From positions 864-64,863 of the forward strand of contig JAPOJQ010000006.1 in assembly GCA_029978335.1 (NCBI GenBank): a DNA stretch of 64,000 nucleotides, given 5' to 3'. The notes beneath the pieces were generated by a model that made no database searches, had not been told where the DNA came from, and worked only from the letters and a program-made list of their open reading frames with translations. The translations under genes were made by a program, and so were the position numbers. Below, piece after piece: positions 58,892 to 64,000 of the stretch (the first letter of the stretch is position 1; the number at the start of each line of letters is the position of its first letter). The stretch is from Actinomycetota bacterium. Lineage in GTDB: Bacteria > Actinomycetota > Acidimicrobiia > Acidimicrobiales > Ilumatobacteraceae.

Positions 58892-59443
58892 ATGGCGCTC
58901 GACCGGCCACGCCCGGCCCCGACCGAGCGGCTCACCATTCGTGAATGGACCGATGGCGATGCCGATGCATTCGCAGAGATGAACGCCGATCCGAAAGTGA
59001 TGGCGACGATCGGTCCCGTGATGTCGCGTCATGATGCGGATGCGATGTTGGCTCGGGTGCGGCGCCATTTTGATGAGCACAGATTTGGGCTCTGGTGCAT
59101 TGATCTTGGCGGTGAACCGTTGGGTTTTTGTGGGTTGTCGGTGCCGTGGTTTCGAGACGGCGTGGAGATCGGTTGGCGGCTGCGGTCGGGTTGGTGGGGC
59201 AATGGCTACGCCACCGAAGCAGCACGGTCGGTGCTGGCTTTTGCGTTCGACGTGCTTAACCTGCCTGAAGTGGTCTCATTCACGGCGGAGATCAATCAAC
59301 GTACTCGGCGTGTGATGGAGCGGATCGGTTTGGTCCGCGATGCTGACGGTGATTTTGATCACCCGGCGATCGCCCCGGACCATCCGCTCTGCTCGCATGT
59401 GCTGTACCGCGTGTCGTCGGCGCAGTACCGTGCAGTGGCGTGA
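58892..59443 (+). CDS. GNAT-family N-acetyltransferase (RimJ/RimL-like)
   Basis: It has RLTIREWTDGDADAFAEMNADPKVM, FGLWCIDLGGEPLGFCGL and WWGNGYATEAARSVLAFAF. Confidence 0.8.
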   Translation: MALDRPRPAPTERLTIREWTDGDADAFAEMNADPKVMATIGPVMSRHDADAMLARVRRHFDEHRFGLWCIDLGGEPLGFCGLSVPWFRDGVEIGWRLRSGWWGNGYATEAARSVLAFAFDVLNLPEVVSFTAEINQRTRRVMERIGLVRDADGDFDHPAIAPDHPLCSHVLYRVSSAQYRAVA

Positions 59444-59877
59444 GTCGAATCGTCCTGCTGCTCCATGGCCCGAATCTGAACCTTCTCGGGACCCGTGAAC
59501 CCGAGGTCTATGGCACAGCGACGCTTGCGGATCATGTGGCGCGCACGCGTTCGTGTGCGGCCGAGTTCGACCTGACCGTTGAAGATCTTCAGTCAAATCA
59601 CGAGGGTGAACTCATCGAGGCGGTCCACGGCGCCCGCGGTCGCTGTGCGGCGATCATCATCAACCCAGGCGCCTTCACCCATAGTTCGTGGGCACTCCAC
59701 GATGCGTTGGCGGCGTACGAGGGAATCGTTGTTGAGGTACACCTGTCGAACCCGGATGCTCGTGAGCCGTGGCGTCGGACCAGTGTGGTGGCACCGGTGG
59801 CAACAGGGTGTATCTCAGGCTTTGGCGGTGATGGCTACGAACTCGCCGTGCGCGCCGTCGCTCGTCGGCTGCCATGA
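59440..59877 (+). CDS. aroQ: type II 3-dehydroquinate dehydratase
   Basis: It has IVLLLHGPNLNLLGTREPEVYG, INPGAFTHSS and EVHLSN. The GTG start forms a GTGA overlap with the GNAT stop. Confidence 0.9.
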   Translation: MSRIVLLLHGPNLNLLGTREPEVYGTATLADHVARTRSCAAEFDLTVEDLQSNHEGELIEAVHGARGRCAAIIINPGAFTHSSWALHDALAAYEGIVVEVHLSNPDAREPWRRTSVVAPVATGCISGFGGDGYELAVRAVARRLP

Positions 59878-60998
59878 CGCCACTATTTGCTGAGGCGGTG
59901 AGCGTCGCGGGTCGAGCAGACCGTTTGCGGTCCCATCTCGATCACCGTGGAGCCCCTCGGTCGATGATCATCTCCGCAGCGTCAAATCGGCGGTGGCTGA
60001 CCGGTTTCACCGGCTCTGCTGGACGGGTGGCGGTCACGCCCGAACGCACGGTTCTCGTCACTGATGGCCGGTATGGCGATCAAGCGCGCCAACAGGCAGA
60101 TGCGGCTGGCGCCCATGATCTTGAGGTGCTGGTCGGCACCACCCTCGCCGAGCAGCGGTCCTTGCTGATCTCGGTGGTCGGTGCTGGTGCCGTGGCAGCG
60201 GAGGCGGCGGTGATGTCGCACGCTGACTGGCTGTCGCTCGGGTCTGAACTCGACCTCGTTGCGATCGATGGCGCCGTCGAGTCATTGCGGCGTACCAAAG
60301 ATGACGCAGAGATTGCTCGTATCGCTGCCGCAGCCAATATCGCCTCCCAGGCACTGAGCGAGGTTGGGGCGATGATGGTGCCGGGCGTCACTGAGCGCGA
60401 TCTTCGCGACGAACTCGAGTATCGGATGCGACGTCTCGGAGCGGACGGTCCGAGTTACGAGACGATCGTGGCCTCAGGCCCCGAGCATGCAGCGCTGCCG
60501 CATGCTCGTCCGACGCACCGGTCATTCGTAGAGGGTGACCTCATCGTGATCGACGTGGGGGCCTTGCTCGACGGATATCACTCCGATATGACACGCACGT
60601 ACGTGGTTGGCGATGCATCGCCTGCCCAGTTGGAGTGGTTCGCGCTGGTCAAAGCCTCACAAGCAGCTGGTCTGGCAGCAGTACGACCGGGTGCCTCGGC
60701 GAGCGATATCGATGCTGCATGCCGATCGGTTTTCAACGATGCGGGTGTCGGCGATCTCTTCGTACACGGCACGGGCCACGGGGTCGGACTCGACATCCAT
60801 GAAGATCCGTTCATTGGCCGAGCTGGACGGGGAGAACTTGGTGTTGGCGACGTGGTGACCGTCGAGCCTGGCCTCTATCGTGTCGGTTCCGGCGGTATCC
60901 GAATCGAGGACCTCGTTGAGGTCATCGACGGCGGCCACCGGAATTTCACCGCTCTCCCCAAGGACGATCCATGCCCGCCATCACCACTAACGATCTGA
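59874..60998 (+). CDS. pepQ: M24-family Xaa-Pro aminopeptidase/dipeptidase
   Basis: It has [29 protein letters not shown] and VEPGLY..GGIRIED. It shares an ATGA overlap with aroQ. Confidence 0.85.
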   Translation: MTPLFAEAVSVAGRADRLRSHLDHRGAPRSMIISAASNRRWLTGFTGSAGRVAVTPERTVLVTDGRYGDQARQQADAAGAHDLEVLVGTTLAEQRSLLISVVGAGAVAAEAAVMSHADWLSLGSELDLVAIDGAVESLRRTKDDAEIARIAAAANIASQALSEVGAMMVPGVTERDLRDELEYRMRRLGADGPSYETIVASGPEHAALPHARPTHRSFVEGDLIVIDVGALLDGYHSDMTRTYVVGDASPAQLEWFALVKASQAAGLAAVRPGASASDIDAACRSVFNDAGVGDLFVHGTGHGVGLDIHEDPFIGRAGRGELGVGDVVTVEPGLYRVGSGGIRIEDLVEVIDGGHRNFTALPKDDPCPPSPLTI

Positions 60999-61534
60999 AG
61001 ACCGGGATCACGCTCGAGCTCGATAACGGCTTGTTCCAGGTGCTCGAGTTCCAGCACGTCAAGCCAGGTAATGGCGGCGCGTTCGTGCGTACCAAGTTGC
61101 GCAATGTGCGCACCGGGAACGTCTTCGACAAGACATTCAACGCGGGCGTTCGGGTGGAGCAGGCGATCATCAATCGCGAGGAAATGCAGTTCCTCTATCG
61201 CGACGGTGACGACTACGTGTTCATGAACAACGAGTCGTATGAGCAGATGAACGTGGCACCGGTTGCTCTTGGTGACGCTGCCGACTTCATGATCGAAGGA
61301 ATGGTTGCTCAGGTGGCGTTCTTCAACGGTGAGATCATCTCGGTGGAGATTCCTGCATCGGTTGAATTGACGATTGCGGAGACCGAGCCCGGCGTGCAAG
61401 GTGACCGTGTGTCGGGTGCCCGCAAGCCGGCCACGCTGGAGACGGGTCGCGTGATCCAGGTGCCGTTGTTCGTCGAAACCGGCGAGCGCGTCAAGGTTGA
61501 CACCCGCACTGGCGAATACATGACCCGGGTCTGA
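60971..61534 (+). CDS. efp: elongation factor P
   Basis: [68 protein letters not shown] is collinear with actinobacterial EF-P. It overlaps the 3' end of pepQ by 28 nt. Confidence 0.95.
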   Translation: MPAITTNDLKTGITLELDNGLFQVLEFQHVKPGNGGAFVRTKLRNVRTGNVFDKTFNAGVRVEQAIINREEMQFLYRDGDDYVFMNNESYEQMNVAPVALGDAADFMIEGMVAQVAFFNGEIISVEIPASVELTIAETEPGVQGDRVSGARKPATLETGRVIQVPLFVETGERVKVDTRTGEYMTRV

Positions 61535-61535
61535 C

Positions 61536-61940
61536 GTGGAGGTCCCTGATCAGCGTTCCGATGCCCGCGAGCGGGCGCTGAACCTGATGTACGAGGCGCA
61601 CTCGAAGTCGATCGGCATCGACGACGTGATCGACGCGCAGGTGGTCGCTCCTGACGAGTTGACCGATCTGCTCGTGCGTGGCATCGCCCGAACGATGGAA
61701 CGTGCTGACGCGCTGATTGCTGACAAGGCCAAGGGATGGACGCTGCAACGCATGCCAGTGCTCGATCTGGCGGTGATGCGTCTCGCGACGTTCGAACTGT
61801 TGGAGCGTGCTGACGTACCGACTGCGGTGGTGCTCGCGGAAGCGGTTGCCCTCGCCAAGCGGTATTCGACTGATGACAGCGGTCGTTTTGTCAATGGCGT
61901 GTTGGCAGCGATTGCTGCTGAGGTACGGGCTGCCGAGTGA
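61536..61940 (+). CDS. nusB: transcription antitermination factor NusB
   Basis: It has RERALNLMYEA.., ..W.L.RMPVLDLAVMRLATFELL.. and VVLAEAVALAKRYSTDDSGRFVNGVL. The start codon is GTG. Confidence 0.85.
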   Translation: MEVPDQRSDARERALNLMYEAHSKSIGIDDVIDAQVVAPDELTDLLVRGIARTMERADALIADKAKGWTLQRMPVLDLAVMRLATFELLERADVPTAVVLAEAVALAKRYSTDDSGRFVNGVLAAIAAEVRAAE

Positions 61941-63485
61941 TCACGGTTCGATCGGGTCGTAGCGCCGGTCGGGTATCTGCCACAGAATGAACTTCGAGTT
62001 CGACCACACCGCGTTAAACCCGAGTTCTGCTGCTCGTTCGGCAGTCAGTGGCGTCTGGATGTAGTCGCTGTCGCGTTCTTGGGCATACCAATCACCGCGT
62101 TCAATCATCATCGCTTCGTTGTTGCCTTGGATCGCAAGGCGCCCGGTGTAAAGGTTCATTGAGCGGGCTTGGAAGAACACGACAACATCGCGCTGATCGG
62201 TATAACGACGCACTGCCTCGAAGAGGTCGATGACGGCGGGATCGTCGGGTCCCCAGTGCGTGTAGGTGTAGGCCCGGTGGTAGTCGAGGCTGCGGACGGT
62301 GTCGGAGAGGTGTTGTGTGACCGGCACGAGCAACAACACGGTGCTCACTGCGGCGCCCATGAGGCGTCGGCGTTGACCGAATAACTGATGCCAGCCGTAT
62401 GCAGCAAGGATGGGCACCAGAACGGCAACGGTGTAGATGTAGCGCTGATAGTGATACGGCGCGATAGCGACCACGCCACCAACACCAACGACAGCGCCCA
62501 CAAGGTGCGGCATGAGCGACGTGCGGCGAGCGATGACATCACCAATCCCGGCCACAATGCCGATGATCGCGCCGATGATGATCGTCCAGAACACGACGTT
62601 GCCGAGGATGCTGGATCCCCAGCCGCTCACCGGATGATCGCCGATCTCTTTGAGCCCGATGAGTTCTGCCAGTGGGAGGCGATACCAGGGGATGTGGTGC
62701 TTGAGAGCGGCGAGTCCGCCCCCGGGAGCATCGGTCGCGAGCAGCGGTGCCGGGAGGATGAGGTGGAATCCGAGTGCGGCACCGATGAGCCACGCCCACG
62801 GCGTAAGGATCGACCGTCGGCTCGCACGTTGTGGTGCCGCACGGTGTGCCATCACCTGGACCATGGCGAGTGCAAGGCCGAGGCCGAGCGCCTCGCGGCG
62901 AATGTGAAATGCCGCAGCGATCACAAGCGCAGCGCCGATCATCGGTCCCCATGAATCCGTCACGACTCGTTGCTGCACCACTGCCCGATCGAGCATCACG
63001 ATCGCCGCCAAGACGGCAGCAAGAAACACGAGATCGCTGAGGACTGCGTCGGTGGCCGACAGATACCACGGATTGAGTGCCACGAGGGTGGTGACGAGCA
63101 CGGTGGCCGACCGACTGAGCCGTCGGCGAGCGATGACGAGCACGCACAGGACGGCCACCGTGAATGAAACGGTTGGAACCCACTTCAACAGTGAGTACTC
63201 GAGTCCGCCTATGGCAACGAACGGCATGAGCAGCAGCGGAAACAGCCACGGATAGGCGATCGGGCTGTAGTAGTCCCATGCCGAGTTGGCGAGTCCGAAA
63301 CGGTTATCGGCAACGACGTCCCAGAGGGTGCCGTCGCTCAGACCGCGTGCCTGGTTCACGTAGAGGGCAAAATCATCGCCCCAACCGTGTCCCATCTCTT
63401 GAAATGAGCGTGCCATCCACGTCACCACGATGCCGAGTGCGATGAGCACCAGTGCGTCGCGGCGTGAGCGTGGACGCGTTGCCAT
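61941..63485 (-). CDS. polytopic membrane protein, putative GT-C-fold (ArnT/PMT-like) glycosyltransferase
   Basis: The 514-aa product has about 11-12 TM helices followed by a ~110-aa soluble C-terminal domain. The early loop with D-D (GWGDDFALYVNQARGL) is reminiscent of GT-C enzymes. The family call is tentative. Confidence 0.45.
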   Translation of the reverse strand: MATRPRSRRDALVLIALGIVVTWMARSFQEMGHGWGDDFALYVNQARGLSDGTLWDVVADNRFGLANSAWDYYSPIAYPWLFPLLLMPFVAIGGLEYSLLKWVPTVSFTVAVLCVLVIARRRLSRSATVLVTTLVALNPWYLSATDAVLSDLVFLAAVLAAIVMLDRAVVQQRVVTDSWGPMIGAALVIAAAFHIRREALGLGLALAMVQVMAHRAAPQRASRRSILTPWAWLIGAALGFHLILPAPLLATDAPGGGLAALKHHIPWYRLPLAELIGLKEIGDHPVSGWGSSILGNVVFWTIIIGAIIGIVAGIGDVIARRTSLMPHLVGAVVGVGGVVAIAPYHYQRYIYTVAVLVPILAAYGWHQLFGQRRRLMGAAVSTVLLLVPVTQHLSDTVRSLDYHRAYTYTHWGPDDPAVIDLFEAVRRYTDQRDVVVFFQARSMNLYTGRLAIQGNNEAMMIERGDWYAQERDSDYIQTPLTAERAAELGFNAVWSNSKFILWQIPDRRYDPIEP

Positions 63486-64000
63486 CAGCGAGGGCCGCGC
63501 ACGAGCCGTCCGGGTAACGCCCCGGTGAAGGCGTCGTGGTCAACGGTTTCCACTCCAGCGACGAAGGTATGCAGATAACCGCGACCCGGCTGCACGAGTC
63601 GAGGGGCGCCACCGGGAAGATCGTGGGCCATTTCCGCTGGGGCGAACCCCAGTCGGTCGAAGTCGATCACGTTGATGTCGGCTCGTTGGCCAATGGTGAG
63701 TGAACCGCGATCGCCGAGACCGTAAAGATCAGCGGTCTGGCGGGTCTGGCGGTGCACGACGTACTCAAGTGGTAGTCGTGGCCCACGTGAACGGTCGCGC
63801 GCCCAGTGCGTCAACATGAACGTTGGCATTCCGCCATCGCAGATGACCCGGCAGTGCGCGCCGGCGTCGGCGAGCCCCATACGGGTGCCTGGGTGGAGCT
63901 GTGCATCGTGAATGAACGACAGGTCGCCGTAGGAGTAACTGAAGAAGGTGCTGTAGAGAAAGCCGCGGCCGTTGTCGCTCAACAACTGGTCGAGCGCAAG
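63485..64000 (-). CDS. N-acyl-D-amino-acid deacylase-family amidohydrolase, C-terminal part (partial; continues beyond window end)
   Basis: It has ..GLADAGAHCRVICDGGMPTFMLTHWARDR..LPLEYVVHRQTRQTADLYGLGDRGSLTIGQRADINVIDFDRL..YLHTFVAGV.. The frame remains open to position 64000. Its stop overlaps the downstream start by 1 nt. Confidence 0.7.
   Translation of the reverse strand, partial: LALDQLLSDNGRGFLYSTFFSYSYGDLSFIHDAQLHPGTRMGLADAGAHCRVICDGGMPTFMLTHWARDRSRGPRLPLEYVVHRQTRQTADLYGLGDRGSLTIGQRADINVIDFDRLGFAPAEMAHDLPGGAPRLVQPGRGYLHTFVAGVETVDHDAFTGALPGRLVRGPR

Overview
This is a high-GC, very gene-dense chromosomal segment with about 65 protein-coding genes. I recognised no rRNA, tRNA, CRISPR array, transposase, integrase or phage genes. 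The content looks like core genome of an Actinomycetota member. It carries mycothiol-type enzymes (an MDMPI-family protein and an Rv2466c-like DsbA), an F420-type DDN-family oxidoreductase, monomeric isocitrate dehydrogenase and GuaB1. It also carries the conserved actinobacterial block alaS-ruvX-mltG-aroE-aroC-aroB-aroQ-pepQ-efp-nusB at 51.5-62 kb. Other genes include several peptidases (S9, M14, M18, S58/DmpA, M24, CPBP), the ugd-uxs nucleotide-sugar genes, and YfhO-like and GT-C-like envelope proteins. There are also an LPATG-anchored surface protein, pyk, cmk, plsC, panC, ctaA, tsaC, mobA, rnd, several transporters (ClC, MscS, EamA, MFS, TRIC) and assorted oxidoreductases. Fifteen gene junctions are 4-nt ATGA/GTGA overlaps, and I used these to refine many start codons in the ORF track. 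I do not see a convincing self-contained novel multi-gene system such as a defence, toxin or secretion island, and the window is mostly housekeeping. The observations most worth follow-up are listed here.
1. A sharply bounded tract of about 1.15 kb inside ugd is C-depleted and uses G/T-ending codons, which suggests a mosaic or recoded gene.
2. EF-P has Asn instead of the conserved functional Lys at the loop tip (PGNGG instead of PGKGP).
3. A DmpA-type (beta-)aminopeptidase is translationally coupled to panC, and no panD is nearby.
4. An orphan J-domain protein is coupled to heme A synthase.
5. The shikimate operon lacks aroK and has a GNAT gene inserted.
6. A BCCP-carboxyltransferase fusion has no biotin carboxylase nearby.
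7. A perfect 14-bp palindrome fills a 17-nt divergent start-to-start gap.
All family assignments come from motif recognition by eye, and no database search was possible.
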